DNA of 64,000 nt from an uncultured delta proteobacterium (GTDB lineage Bacteria; Desulfobacterota; Desulfobaccia; Desulfobaccales; 0-14-0-80-60-11). The notes beneath the pieces were generated by a model. That model had not been told where the DNA came from. It was given only the letters and a program-made list of their open reading frames with translations, and did not search any database. Below are positions 21,393 through 30,499 of the stretch, in pieces. The stretch is taken from positions 2,062 through 66,061 of the forward strand of contig CAVPIX010000010.1 in assembly GCA_963705115.1 (NCBI GenBank). The letters run 5' to 3'. Both the position numbers and the translations under genes were made by a program. The number at the start of each line of letters is the position of its first letter. Within the stretch, counting starts at the first letter, position 1.

Positions 21393-21731
21393 ATTTTCCC
21401 AGCGGCATTATTTCACAATAATTTGTCACTATATATGTAGCCGCAGACCTTACCGTGAAAATCCCCGTAGGGGCGACGTCTGCGCCGCCCCTACACCAGA
21501 TATTTATCTTCAGGGGTGGCCCAAATCGAGCCCTGATAGTTTAGCCTGCGCCTGAGCACGCCAAGCCGTGCCCCCATAATCATTCGCCCTTTGCCTGGAA
21601 GAATTTGCCGGGCAAAATTCTAGCCCTTCTTCTCCCCAAACCGTAGCTGGGACCCGTTAGGACGGGCTTCCAGCCCGTCTTGCACAGGTTGAAAACCTGT
21701 GCCACCAGGCATTTCATGGTTTTATACCCGA

Positions 21732-21815
21732 TGCCAAAAGTTTTTTCTTCCCCCCTCACCCTAACCCTCTCCCCCCGCTGGGTGGAGAGGGAATTTAAGG
21801 AAAGAACTTTTGGCA
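21732..21815. repeat. 84-bp palindromic element, copy A
   Basis: The sequence is TGCCAAAAGTTTTTTCTTCCCCCCTCACCCTAACCCTCTCCCCCCGCTGGGTGGAGAGGGAATTTAAGGAAAGAACTTTTGGCA. Its ends are inverted repeats, and it is near-identical to 36105-36189. Confidence 0.85.
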
Positions 21816-21906
21816 GACGCTATATATTAGAGGGGAATACCCGGTAACCTTGGCGCCGGTGGCCGAAAACGACTTATACCATTGTGCAGCCAAACGGCAA
21901 TTAATC

Positions 21907-21992
21907 GTAGGGGCACGGCTTGCCGTGCCCAAGCGCAGGCTTAGCCTCGCGGCTACATGGTTATTGCCAATTGACTGCAACTTGGTATTAGT
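21907..21992 (-). repeat. inverted copy of the 18896-18978 unit, downstream of rnr
   Basis: The sequence is GTAGGGGCACGGCTTGCCGTGCCCAAGCGCAGGCTTAGCCTCGCGGCTACATGGTTATTGCCAATTGACTGCAACTTGGTATTAGTCCC. Confidence 0.75.
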
Positions 21993-21994
21993 CC

Positions 21995-22798
21995 CTACAA
22001 CTCCACCAATTCTGAGTCCAGGGGGTGGCCCATGAAGAGGCTGGCCAGGCGCTGAAAGCGGGGCGTGAGGTCGGTGGTGAGGTAGCGCCGGCTCCGGCCC
22101 CGGCTGAGGCGGGCTTCGATTTCCGGATGGCGTTTCAGGTAATCCACGAGTTTACCGGCGGTGACCTGACCGGAGCAGATTAGGCGGGGGCCCTCTCCCA
22201 TGACCGCGGCCATCCGGTCTTTGAGGATGGAGTAGTGGGTGCAGCCCAGGATGAGGGTGTCCACCGAAGCCTGTTGGATGGGGGCCAGGTAGCGCTTCAA
22301 GATCATGGCGGTGCCTTCCCAGTCCTGCTCTCCTTCTTCGATGAGCGGCACCAGGAGGGGGCAGGCCTGCTGAAAAACCTGGACGGCGGGGTCCAGTTTG
22401 TGCAGTTCCAGTTCAAAGGACCGGGAGGTGACGGTGCCCTCGGTGCCGATGACGCCGAGGCGTTTCCGGGGGGAGGCGGCCAGGGCCTCTTCCACCGTGG
22501 GGATGAGCACCCCCAGCACCCGGCGCTCCGGGTAGTGGTCGGGGAGATACGTCTGTTGGATGGTCCGGAGAGCTTTGGCGGAGGCGGTGTGGCAAGCCAG
22601 AATGATGAGCTGGCAGCCCAGCCCGAAGAGATAGTCCACCGCCTGCCAGGTGAAGCGGATCACCACCCGGTCGGAGCGGGTGCCGTAAGGGATGCGGGCG
22701 TTGTCCCCCAGGTAGAGGTAGTCGTACTGGGGCAAGGCCGCCAGGAACTCCCGGAGCACCACCAGTCCCCCAAAGCCTGAATCAAAGACGCCGATCAT
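21995..22798 (-). CDS. murI: glutamate racemase
   Basis: Motifs seen are MIGVFDSGFGGL, YLGDNARIPYG and GCTHYS. Confidence 0.9.
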   Translation of the reverse strand: MIGVFDSGFGGLVVLREFLAALPQYDYLYLGDNARIPYGTRSDRVVIRFTWQAVDYLFGLGCQLIILACHTASAKALRTIQQTYLPDHYPERRVLGVLIPTVEEALAASPRKRLGVIGTEGTVTSRSFELELHKLDPAVQVFQQACPLLVPLIEEGEQDWEGTAMILKRYLAPIQQASVDTLILGCTHYSILKDRMAAVMGEGPRLICSGQVTAGKLVDYLKRHPEIEARLSRGRSRRYLTTDLTPRFQRLASLFMGHPLDSELVEL

Positions 22799-22852
22799 AA
22801 AAAGTAAAAAGTTAAAAGGTAAAAGTAAGAAGTAAAAGATAAAAAGTATGAC

Positions 22853-22973
22853 CTATCGGTGATGTCGGTTGTTTTTTGTACTTATGATTATTGAGCCAAT
22901 GATGCGTGCGATTCCATCGGCTTCCTGAATTAGGGCTCCCCAATCACCATACATCCCAGCTTCTTTCAACTTT
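22853..22973 (-). pseudogene. possible C-terminal remnant of a four-helix-bundle (23S rRNA IVS-type) protein inside an AT-rich hairpin-flanked insert
   Basis: The translation ...EAGMYGDWGALIQEADGIARIIGSIIISTKNN* resembles the last helix of IVS/four-helix-bundle proteins. It is flanked by ~20-bp inverted arms GTAAAAGTAAGAAGTAAAAG / CTTTTTACTTCTTACTTTTTAC. The assignment is weak. Confidence 0.3.
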
Positions 22974-23011
22974 TTTGCCTTTTTACTTCTTACTTTTTAC
23001 TTTTGCATTAA

Positions 23012-23806
23012 CTATTCCGACAGCTTTAAAATCGTGCCCCGCCGGAGGGCGGTATTCAGAGTAGCCCGCAAAAACGCATAACACAGGGCCAAATATATCA
23101 CACTTTGGCTGAAGCCCCATAGAAGGGGGTGCGTCGACAGGAGGGGAAAACCGTAAAAGTGGCGGAAATAGTCGAGAAAATAGGTGAGGGGCACTAACTG
23201 GGCCATCTCCTTGATTCCCGGGGGCAGAACCGTCACCGGATAATAGAGGCCGCACAACAGAAAGAGCAAATAGGAAAAAGCCCAGGCCGCCACTTCGGCC
23301 CGGTGGCCGAAGCGCAGCACCAGGGCCAGGACCAGCATGCCGAGGATGGCGGCGTTGATGAACATGCCGGTCAGAAAAATCACCAGGCCCATGAAACCGG
23401 GACGCCCCAGGTCCATGTCAAACAGGAGGGTGCAGAGCAAGCCCATGATGACAAAAACGGTGAAGCCCCGGACCAGGCCCACCAGCCCCGATCCCAGCAG
23501 CACATGGGACAGGCGGATAGGGGCGATAAAATTGTGCCGCAGGCTCTTGGCCCAGACATCGTAAAGCAGGGAGTAGGACAGGTCCAGTTGGGCGATCTGG
23601 ATGGTGTTCATGCCCACCGCGCCGATGAGCACAAAGGTCACCGTTTCTTTATCCAACTGCAAAAATTTGGTGAGCAGGCCCACCGAAAAGATGGCAATGC
23701 CGGGCCAGAAGAGCATCTCGAAGATGGCGAAGACGTTGCGCCGGTTGACCAGGAGGCTCCTGGCGGCAAAGGCCCAGATTTTATAGAGTTCAGTGGGTAA
23801 TTTCAC
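23012..23806 (-). CDS. ABC-2 type transporter permease
   Basis: A GTG start overlaps the ATPase stop. The product has six hydrophobic helices and an ABC-2 style N-terminus LYKIWAFAARSLLVNRRN. The longer ORF to 23947 is an out-of-gene extension. Confidence 0.7.
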   Translation of the reverse strand: MKLPTELYKIWAFAARSLLVNRRNVFAIFEMLFWPGIAIFSVGLLTKFLQLDKETVTFVLIGAVGMNTIQIAQLDLSYSLLYDVWAKSLRHNFIAPIRLSHVLLGSGLVGLVRGFTVFVIMGLLCTLLFDMDLGRPGFMGLVIFLTGMFINAAILGMLVLALVLRFGHRAEVAAWAFSYLLFLLCGLYYPVTVLPPGIKEMAQLVPLTYFLDYFRHFYGFPLLSTHPLLWGFSQSVIYLALCYAFLRATLNTALRRGTILKLSE

Positions 23807-24728
23807 GATAAAGCTCTTCCAGGTCCGCCTCTTTGACCCTGACCTCGGGAGGGTCCGGGGATTGGCGGCTGATTTCTTCCAGGAGGGGGGCCAGGCGCAG
23901 TTCCACCCGGTCCAGGACCAGGTGGACCTGGGAGTCCCTGACCTCACAGGAGAGCACCCCCGGCAGGCGCTGAAAATCCACGGGCGGCGCCCCGTTCTTA
24001 TACGTGAGGGACAAATGGTCCCCCAGGCCGAGACGGGCCTGGAGGTCAGGGATGGCGCCGGTGGCCGCGATGCGGCCGTTTTTCAGGAAAGCCACTTCGC
24101 TGCACAGCATCTCCGCCTCCCTGAGGTTGTGGGTGGTTAAAAGAATGGTCAGGCCGGTTTCCCGGTTGAGACGGGCCACTTCTTCCCGGATGTGCTGGGA
24201 CATCTCGGGATCAAGCCCTGAGGTGGGCTCATCCAGAAACAGCAGTTCCGGGGTGTTGATCAGGGTCTTGGCCAGGGCCAGGCGCTGTTTGAGGCCGGTG
24301 GACAGGCTCTCGAAGGTGACCCGGCGGTGGGGCAGCAAGCCGAACAGGTCAAGCAGCTCCTCAACCTTGCCGGCCAATACGCGCCCGCCCAGGCCATACA
24401 GTCTTCCATAAAAACGTAGATTTTCCTCCACGGTGAGGCACCAGAGAAAATGGGCGCTGCTGGCGGCTAAATTGATGCGCTCCCGGAGACGGCTGGCCTC
24501 CCTCACCGTGTCCAGGCCCAAAACCGCGGCCCGGCCCTGATCCGGGATGAGCAGGGTGGTGAGGATGGAAATGAGAGTGGTCTTGCCCGCGCCGTTGGGG
24601 CCCAAAACGCCAAAAATGGCCCCCGGGGACACCTCTAGATCAACCCCCTTCAGGACCTCTTTAGGGGGCTTGAAAAATCCCGTGCGAAAAGACTTGATGA
24701 GCCCCTGGGCGTCAATGGCTGGCTGCAT
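23790..24728 (-). CDS. ABC transporter ATP-binding protein (ABC-2/DrrA-like exporter ATPase)
   Basis: It has Walker [10 protein letters not shown], signature LSTGLKQRL and Walker B LLFLDEPTSGLD. The start is chosen at MQPAIDAQGL (24728), because the upstream part of the ORF only translates a repeat element. Confidence 0.85.
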   Translation of the reverse strand: MQPAIDAQGLIKSFRTGFFKPPKEVLKGVDLEVSPGAIFGVLGPNGAGKTTLISILTTLLIPDQGRAAVLGLDTVREASRLRERINLAASSAHFLWCLTVEENLRFYGRLYGLGGRVLAGKVEELLDLFGLLPHRRVTFESLSTGLKQRLALAKTLINTPELLFLDEPTSGLDPEMSQHIREEVARLNRETGLTILLTTHNLREAEMLCSEVAFLKNGRIAATGAIPDLQARLGLGDHLSLTYKNGAPPVDFQRLPGVLSCEVRDSQVHLVLDRVELRLAPLLEEISRQSPDPPEVRVKEADLEELYREITH

Positions 24729-24741
24729 AGGTATACGGATT

Positions 24742-24924
24742 GTGGAGGAGGGGGGTAAGGGCTGCAAGCCCTTACCCCCCTCCCCCACACCCCCTCCCCC
24801 AATCCCTTGGTGGGGAGAATTTTTCCGAGAAAGTCGGGCCCCTGGCCCCGCCTTTCTCGGACCCCCTGCGGGTTGGGAGGGGGTTTGGGGGAGGGCAGGG
24901 ACCTCAGGTCCCTGGCCCTCCCCT
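24742..24924 (-). repeat. ~185-bp G/C-rich composite palindromic element, copy 1 (inverted relative to copy 2)
   Basis: The reverse complement aligns along its length with 40201-40387: GGGAGGGCCAGGGACCTGAGGTCCCTGCCCTCCCC...CCCTCCCAACCCGCA...GAAAGGCGGGGCCA.AGGCCC.GACTTTC...CAAGGGATTGGGGGAGGGGGTGTGGGGGAGGGGG.TAAGGG...CCCTTA.CCCC. Confidence 0.85.
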
Positions 24925-25004
24925 AAAATTCTATCAGAACCATGACGCAGGGCCAAGGGGAGGCGGCTTGCAAAGTGGCAGGGGCTGAGGTAAAGTGGCG
25001 GCAG

Positions 25005-26030
25005 ATGGAACCGGAAGAGCGACTGGTGAACCCCCGGCGGGGGCCGGACGATGTGGGCCTTGAGCTGGGGCTCAGACCCCGCAGTCTTGATGACTTTGTG
25101 GGCCAGAAGGAGGTGCGCCGCAACCTGGCCATCGCCATCACCGCCACCCTGGCCCGGGGGGAGGCCCTGGACCATGTGCTGGTGCATGGGCCGCCGGGCT
25201 TGGGGAAGACCACCCTGGCCTTTATTTTGGCCCAGGAATTGGGCGTCTCGGCGAAAGCCACCTCAGGGCCGGTGATTGAGCGGGCCGGCGACCTGGCGGC
25301 CATTCTCACCAGTCTGTCGCCCCGGGACGTGCTGTTCATCGACGAAGTGCACCGCCTGCCCACGGTGGTGGAAGAAATCCTTTATCCGGCCATGGAGGAT
25401 TTTCGCCTGGACCTGGTCATCGGCCAGGGGCCGGGAGCCCGCACCGTGAAGCTGGACATACCCCGCTTCACCCTGGTGGGGGCCACCACCCGGGCGGGGC
25501 TCCTCACCCCGGCCCTGCGGGACCGCTTCGGCCTCATCCTGCGCCTGGAATTTTATTCCCCGGAGGAGTTGGCCAAAATCACCACCCGGGCCGCTATGGT
25601 TCTGGGACTGGAAATCAACCCGGCCGGGGCCTGGGAGATCGCCCGCCGCTCCCGGGGCACCCCCCGGATTGCCAACCGCTTGCTCAAGCGGGTGCGGGAC
25701 TACGCCCAGGTCCACGGGGACGGCCGCATCACCCGGGAGACCGCCGACGCCGGCCTGAACCTCCTGGATATCGACCAGTTGGGCTTTGACCGGATGGACC
25801 GGCAGATTCTCCGCACCATCGTGGAGAAATACGACGGCGGGCCGGTGGGCTTGGACACCCTGTCCGCATCGCTCTGCGAGGAGCGGGACACCCTGGAAGA
25901 TGTGTATGAACCCTATCTGATCCAGGCGGGTTTCCTGAAACGCACTCCCCGGGGCCGCATGGCCACCAGCCGCACCCTGGAATATTTCGACCGGCTGGAC
26001 AAAAAAAAGCCGCAGCCTTCCTTGTTCTAA
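25005..26030 (+). CDS. ruvB: Holliday junction branch migration helicase RuvB
   Basis: Motifs seen are [44 protein letters not shown] and [11 protein letters not shown]. Confidence 0.95.
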   Translation: MEPEERLVNPRRGPDDVGLELGLRPRSLDDFVGQKEVRRNLAIAITATLARGEALDHVLVHGPPGLGKTTLAFILAQELGVSAKATSGPVIERAGDLAAILTSLSPRDVLFIDEVHRLPTVVEEILYPAMEDFRLDLVIGQGPGARTVKLDIPRFTLVGATTRAGLLTPALRDRFGLILRLEFYSPEELAKITTRAAMVLGLEINPAGAWEIARRSRGTPRIANRLLKRVRDYAQVHGDGRITRETADAGLNLLDIDQLGFDRMDRQILRTIVEKYDGGPVGLDTLSASLCEERDTLEDVYEPYLIQAGFLKRTPRGRMATSRTLEYFDRLDKKKPQPSLF

Positions 26031-26054
26031 CTATCTGTTATGAAAAGTTTGTGC

Positions 26055-26340
26055 GGGGTGCGCTCTGCGCACCAAAATGGCGGGCGGGGACGCCCGCCCT
26101 ACTTTTTGTGGTCTTATGGCGCGGCGCAAGCAAAAGTCTACAGCTGCAAAAAGTTGTTACTCTCCGTCTGACATCAAATTCGTATTACACAAAGCGGGAA
26201 CACGGGCGTCCCGCCTGTGCCGGAACAGGCAGGATGCCGGCTCTCCCGGATAAGGGCACGGTGGGACGGGCTGCCAGCCCGTCCAGGCAAGGGCAGGATG
26301 CCCACGCTATCGGCAGGAACTTGCCCCCCGAACTCCACTT
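26055..26340. repeat. hairpin-module cluster downstream of ruvB
   Basis: It contains GGCGGGCGGGGACGCCCGCCC, CCTGTGCCGGAACAGGCAGG, GGGACGGGCTGCCAGCCCGTCC and GGGCAGGATGCCC modules. Confidence 0.75.
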
Positions 26341-26348
26341 TCCAAAGG

Positions 26349-26747
26349 TCACCCTAACCGATACGGCACGGTTTCATCAGGGGCATCCGTCTCCCCTTCC
26401 CGCCAGGCCAGCAGGTACAGGGTTTCCGGACCGGGATTGCGCAGGGCGTGGGCCACGCCGGGGGGGATATGGATGAGGAGGCGGCGGCCTGACACCACCC
26501 GTTCCCGCAGGTCGCCGGGGCGGGGCTCCCACATAAAATAGCCGGTGCCATGGAAGGGATAGAGCCACTCCCACCGTCCGGGATGAAGATGGTGCCCCCG
26601 CACCTGGTTCGGGGCAATGGAGACCAGATGAAAATCCTCGGGGAGCCGCTGGGGGTCCCGGGTTCTCCCCTTTAAGGGGTAAAAACTGAACCCCCTGCCG
26701 TCTTCCTGAATTTCCCTGGAGAGGTCAATAAATTGTATGGCATCCAT
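26349..26747 (-). CDS. cupin-fold protein (WxcM/WbuC-like small cupin)
   Basis: It is 132 aa and carries GHHLHP...W and PPGVAHALRN, a His-containing cupin motif pair. Confidence 0.55.
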   Translation of the reverse strand: MDAIQFIDLSREIQEDGRGFSFYPLKGRTRDPQRLPEDFHLVSIAPNQVRGHHLHPGRWEWLYPFHGTGYFMWEPRPGDLRERVVSGRRLLIHIPPGVAHALRNPGPETLYLLAWREGETDAPDETVPYRLG

Positions 26748-26829
26748 AATGGTTTCCTTTTTTCTTGGGATGGAATAATTATATCACCAGGGTCCCCCGG
26801 TCCCCCTGACAGGTTTCTGAAAAGGTTTT

Positions 26830-26901
26830 TGTCATCCTGGGCGCAGCGCAGGATCTCAATCTTTAGCAAGAACGAGATTCTTCAATTCGTTCAAAATGAC
26901 A
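26830..26901. repeat. 'TGTCATCCTGRG...AAAATGACA' hairpin repeat (translates as ...EILRFAQNDK-type pseudo-peptides)
   Basis: The inverted arms are TGTCATCCTGGGCGCAGCGCAGGATCTC / GAGATTCTTCAATTCGTTCAAAATGACA. It is related to 56070-56152, and a partial copy lies near 9760-9790. Confidence 0.7.
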
Positions 26902-27035
26902 ACATCCAAGAGTGTTTTAATCTCCTGATAACGAGGCAACAATTCCCGGAAAATTTGGCTCCTGGCCGCAGCTTGCAATTTTCTTAGGCTTTGATAGATT
27001 GGGGCTGCCTGATCACATGGTCAGGAGGAGCCGCC

Positions 27036-27344
27036 ATGTTTGCCATCAATGACTTGGTGCTGGTCCACCTGGATCGACAACCCGCCTTTTATGCCCGCAT
27101 AAACGATATTGCTCCGGATGTCAAGAGGGGCTGGCATCAGGTGGAGCTTTTCATCCTGACCCTGCCGCCCCAGACCGTGGTGTGGATTTTGGACAACCAC
27201 CACCTCGAGGGGGAGGAGTTCACCATGGGAGGACGCCCCGTGCAGCTGGTCCTGGTGCCCCCCAAACCGTTCCCGGAGCCAGAAAAACATGAACCAGCCG
27301 CCAAGGGCCAGGGCAAGATTATCAAGCTGCCGCGCAAGTCATAA
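27036..27344 (+). CDS. hypothetical small protein
   Basis: The ORF starts at an ATG with GGAGGAG 8 nt upstream. No recognisable motif was found. The C-terminus is Pro/Lys-rich. Confidence 0.35.
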   Translation: MFAINDLVLVHLDRQPAFYARINDIAPDVKRGWHQVELFILTLPPQTVVWILDNHHLEGEEFTMGGRPVQLVLVPPKPFPEPEKHEPAAKGQGKIIKLPRKS

Positions 27345-27506
27345 ATAACCATTGCATGGTTGGCATCGGCCGCAAAAACCCGAAACACCTCATTCAGTTC
27401 TTTCTAACCCATTCTTAACCTTATAGATTTTCTGTTTTTCATTGGTTTTTCCCGGTCTGGGGAATAAAATGAAGCGGTATTTTCCTAAGGGGAAGTTTTA
27501 GTCTCA

Positions 27507-27730
27507 TGCGTTTATTGCTGGTGCAACCCACGACCAAGTATCCCGACCGGAGGCCCTTGCGGAGCCGCACCCGCTGGCTGGTGGGCATCACCCTGCCTTA
27601 CCCTGGCGGCCCTTACCCCCAAACAGGTCATGGTGGACCTGGTGGACGACCGCCTGTCCCCCATTCCTTATGAGCGGCCCTATGACCTGGTGGGCATCAC
27701 CTGCACCTGCGCCACATCGACCCGGTGGAT
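27507..27730 (+). pseudogene. 5' fragment of a B12-binding-domain radical SAM gene (truncated, plus one frame break)
   Basis: MRLLLVQPTTKYPDRRPL...RWLVGITLPY, then (after a shift near 27590) LAALTPKQVMVDLVDDRLSPIPYERPYDLVGITCTCATSTR, is the typical N-terminus of B12-binding rSAM enzymes. Similarity stops around 27730 and no CxxxCxxC core follows. Confidence 0.5.
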
Positions 27731-27873
27731 TTTTATTAACAGGCAAGAACCTCAGGGGAGCGCAGTTTGGCAATGGTGTAGAGAGGCCAGCGGCTCGACG
27801 GAGATTTTAAATGAAATGGATGGGTTATTTTTTTCTGGACCTCTCATGATACAATCATGAAGGAACACGATTC

Positions 27874-28199
27874 GTGACCAGATTTCCCTGTCCTTTTCTT
27901 GAGGGTGAGGTAGAGCTGCCCAACGAGCGGGAGGACCATATTGCGAAACGGCATCCCGACCTTTTGCCCGAATACCGGCGATGTCTGAACGAGGTCTTGT
28001 CTGAGCCTGATATGGTAAGGCAAAGCCCGCTTTTCGGTCAGGCCAGATTATTTTCCCGCTGGTTCCCAGAGGTGCGGGGCGGCAAGCATGTGGTGGTGGT
28101 TGGGTGAGCGAAGGCGCCGAAATTTCCCGTCATTGGGTCGTCACCGCCTACCTGGCCCGACGTCTGGGGGAAGGAGACCTTCTATGGCAACGAAACTGA
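27874..28199 (+). CDS. putative toxin-like partner of the DUF2283 protein (family unassigned; frame break near 28100)
   Basis: CPFLEGEVELPNEREDHIAKRHPDL...KHVVVV is followed, in the adjacent frame, by VSEGAEISRHWVVTAYLARRLGEGDLLW*. The reconstructed stop overlaps the start of the downstream DUF2283 gene. Confidence 0.4.
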
Positions 28200-28417
28200 C
28201 CTTCAAGTATGACCGGGAGGCTGACATCCTCCACATCGACAAATGCCCTCCGTATCCGGAACAGGACTCGGAAGAACTGGGAGATGACATCATCGCCCGG
28301 CTTAACCCGATAACAGGCGCGGTGGAAAACCTGGAAGTCCTCTTCTTCTCCACCCGCTCGTTAAGAAGCAACCTCCTGGAACTACCGGTTGACGCTGACC
28401 TGCGCCTGCCAGGCTGA
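28184..28417 (+). CDS. DUF2283-family small protein (antitoxin-like)
   Basis: MATKLTFKYDREADILHIDK...IARLNPITGAVENLEVLFFS matches the DUF2283 pattern (x-YD-xEADxLYI ... G.ivgiei). Confidence 0.6.
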   Translation: MATKLTFKYDREADILHIDKCPPYPEQDSEELGDDIIARLNPITGAVENLEVLFFSTRSLRSNLLELPVDADLRLPG

Positions 28418-28578
28418 GGTGGCTGAACATGATCTCGGCTCACTGGCCTAAAGTGGAGGCATGGTCAAACTCCCCTGGCAATCCTCATTTTACCTAGGCT
28501 ATCTGAGGTTAGTTTTTCAAGATTTGAGCAAGAACCGTTAAAGAATATAGAAAGTAATTTAGATAATAAATGCTGCGA

Positions 28579-29229
28579 TCACCCCAAGGAAGGAAACGCA
28601 CTCCGCACCCCGGCAATGACAAATTCCACCGCCAGGGCCACCAGGATGAGCCCCAAGAGGCGTGTAAGGAGACGCAGGCCGCTCTCCGTGAGGAGGCCCG
28701 TGATCCTGCCGGCCAGACAGAAAAACGCGTAGGTGAGGAGCATGATAAGAGCCACGGCCGCCACCAGGAGAGCGTCATCCAGGAGGTTCTGGGAGCGGGC
28801 GGTGAGCACCAACACGGTGGAGATGGCGCCGGGTCCGGAAAGCAGCGGCATGGCCAGGGGGATAAGGGCAATGTCCCGGTAATCGCCGGGGGCCAGGCTC
28901 GTGGAGGTGTCCAGGCGGTTGAAATGGCCCCGGCCCTCCATCATGTCAAAGGCGATGCGAAAGAGCACCAACCCGCCGGCGATCTGGAAAGCGGGCAGGC
29001 TGATGCCGAAAACGGTCAGGACCAGCCTCCCCAGGGCCACGAAAAAGGTCAAAATAAGAAAACCGTAAAGGCAGGCCCGGCCAGCCAGAGCCCGGACCTG
29101 GCCGGGAGCGACCCCGCCGGACAGGGCCAGAAAAGGGAAAATGTTCCCCGTGGGGTCCACGATGACGAACAGGGAAATGAAACTCGTTATAAAAAAGGAC
29201 AGTGTGGTGTCAGGAAGCCCGGCAAGCAT
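28579..29229 (-). CDS. MarC-family (UPF0056) integral membrane protein
   Basis: FISLFVIVDPTGNIFPFLAL is the MarC N-terminal signature, and six TM helices are present. The start is chosen at MLAGLPD (29229). Confidence 0.75.
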   Translation of the reverse strand: MLAGLPDTTLSFFITSFISLFVIVDPTGNIFPFLALSGGVAPGQVRALAGRACLYGFLILTFFVALGRLVLTVFGISLPAFQIAGGLVLFRIAFDMMEGRGHFNRLDTSTSLAPGDYRDIALIPLAMPLLSGPGAISTVLVLTARSQNLLDDALLVAAVALIMLLTYAFFCLAGRITGLLTESGLRLLTRLLGLILVALAVEFVIAGVRSAFPSLG

Positions 29230-29259
29230 GGTCTGACCCTGCAAACTTGAGGAATAATC

Positions 29260-30471
29260 ATGTCCACATATCAAGTTAACAAGACTTTCCAGGAAATCAA
29301 CGAAAAGATCAAGAAAGGCAAGGCTGTGGTGGTCACGGCCGAGGAGATCATCGGCATTGTCCGCCAGAAAGGGGAAGTGGCCGCGGCCCGGCAGGTGGAT
29401 GTGGTAACCACCGGCACCTTTTCCACTATGTGTTCCTCAGGGGCTTTCCTTAATTTCGGACACACCAAGCCCCCCATCAAGGCCAGCAAGGTATGGCTTA
29501 ACAACGTGCCGGCTTATGCCGGGGTGGCGGCGGTGGATGTCTATATTGGGGCCACCGAGCCCACTGAAGACGATCCTCTGAACAAGGTGTATCCTGGAGA
29601 ATTCAAGTACGGCGGCGGGCATGTCATTCAGGATCTGGTGGCCGGCAAACCCGTGACCCTGGTGGCCGAGGCCTATGGCACCGATTGCTATCCCAACAAG
29701 CGGGTGGGAAAGGAAATCACTCTGAAAGAGATGGTGAACGCCATCATGTGCAACCCCCGCAATGCCTATCAGAATTACAACTGCGCGGTGAATCTCTCCA
29801 AGCGCATCATATATACCTATATGGGGCCCCTGCGGCCCCGGGGCGGCAACGCCAACTACTGCACCTCCGGCGCTTTGAGCCCCCTGATGAACGACCCTTA
29901 CTACAAAACCATGGGCATCGGCACCCGGATTTTTCTCGGAGGCGGGGTGGGCTATATTTGTTTTCCGGGGACCCAGCATCACCCCGATCGGCCCCGGGGG
30001 CCCAACGGCATCCCGACCCGGCCGTCCGGCACCCTCATGGTCATCGGCGACTTGAAGCAGATGACCCCCCGCCACGTGGTAGGGGTGAGCCTCCTGGGCT
30101 ACGGCTGCTCCCTGGCCCTGGGCCTGGGGGTGCCCATTCCCCTTTTAAATGAAGAAATGGCCCATTTCTGTGCGGTGACGAACGAAGACATCATCACCCC
30201 CGTGGTGGATTACGGCCACGACTACCCCACCGGCACCGGCAAGGTCCTGGAAGAGGTCTCCTATGCCCAACTCATGAGCGGTAAAATCATGGTGGGAGAC
30301 CAGGAGATTCCCACCGTCCCCCTCTCCAGCATGGTGCGGGCCCGGGAGGTGGCCAACACCCTGAAAGAATGGATCTTGTCGGGGCGTTTCCTGTTGGGGG
30401 AACCGGTGGAGCTTCTGCCCACCGCGGAAACTCCTCTGCCGGCCATGGAGCCGGTGAGCCGGGAGAGTTGA
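29260..30471 (+). CDS. COG1900/DUF39 homocysteine biosynthesis protein (sulfide-dependent, aspartate-semialdehyde route)
   Basis: The product is colinear with the DUF39 family: KTFQEINEKIKKGKAVVVTAEE, VDVVTTGTF..MCSSGAFLNFGH, VPAYAGVAAVDVYIGAT, KYGGGHVIQDL. Confidence 0.8.
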   Translation: MSTYQVNKTFQEINEKIKKGKAVVVTAEEIIGIVRQKGEVAAARQVDVVTTGTFSTMCSSGAFLNFGHTKPPIKASKVWLNNVPAYAGVAAVDVYIGATEPTEDDPLNKVYPGEFKYGGGHVIQDLVAGKPVTLVAEAYGTDCYPNKRVGKEITLKEMVNAIMCNPRNAYQNYNCAVNLSKRIIYTYMGPLRPRGGNANYCTSGALSPLMNDPYYKTMGIGTRIFLGGGVGYICFPGTQHHPDRPRGPNGIPTRPSGTLMVIGDLKQMTPRHVVGVSLLGYGCSLALGLGVPIPLLNEEMAHFCAVTNEDIITPVVDYGHDYPTGTGKVLEEVSYAQLMSGKIMVGDQEIPTVPLSSMVRAREVANTLKEWILSGRFLLGEPVELLPTAETPLPAMEPVSRES

Positions 30472-30499
30472 GGAAAGGTCCTGAATATCGAAATGTTTC

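Noticed and set aside
23790-25187. N-terminal 153-aa extension of the ABC ATPase ORF
   Set aside because: The extension only reads through the G/C-rich composite repeat. ABC homology begins at MQPAIDAQGL (24728).
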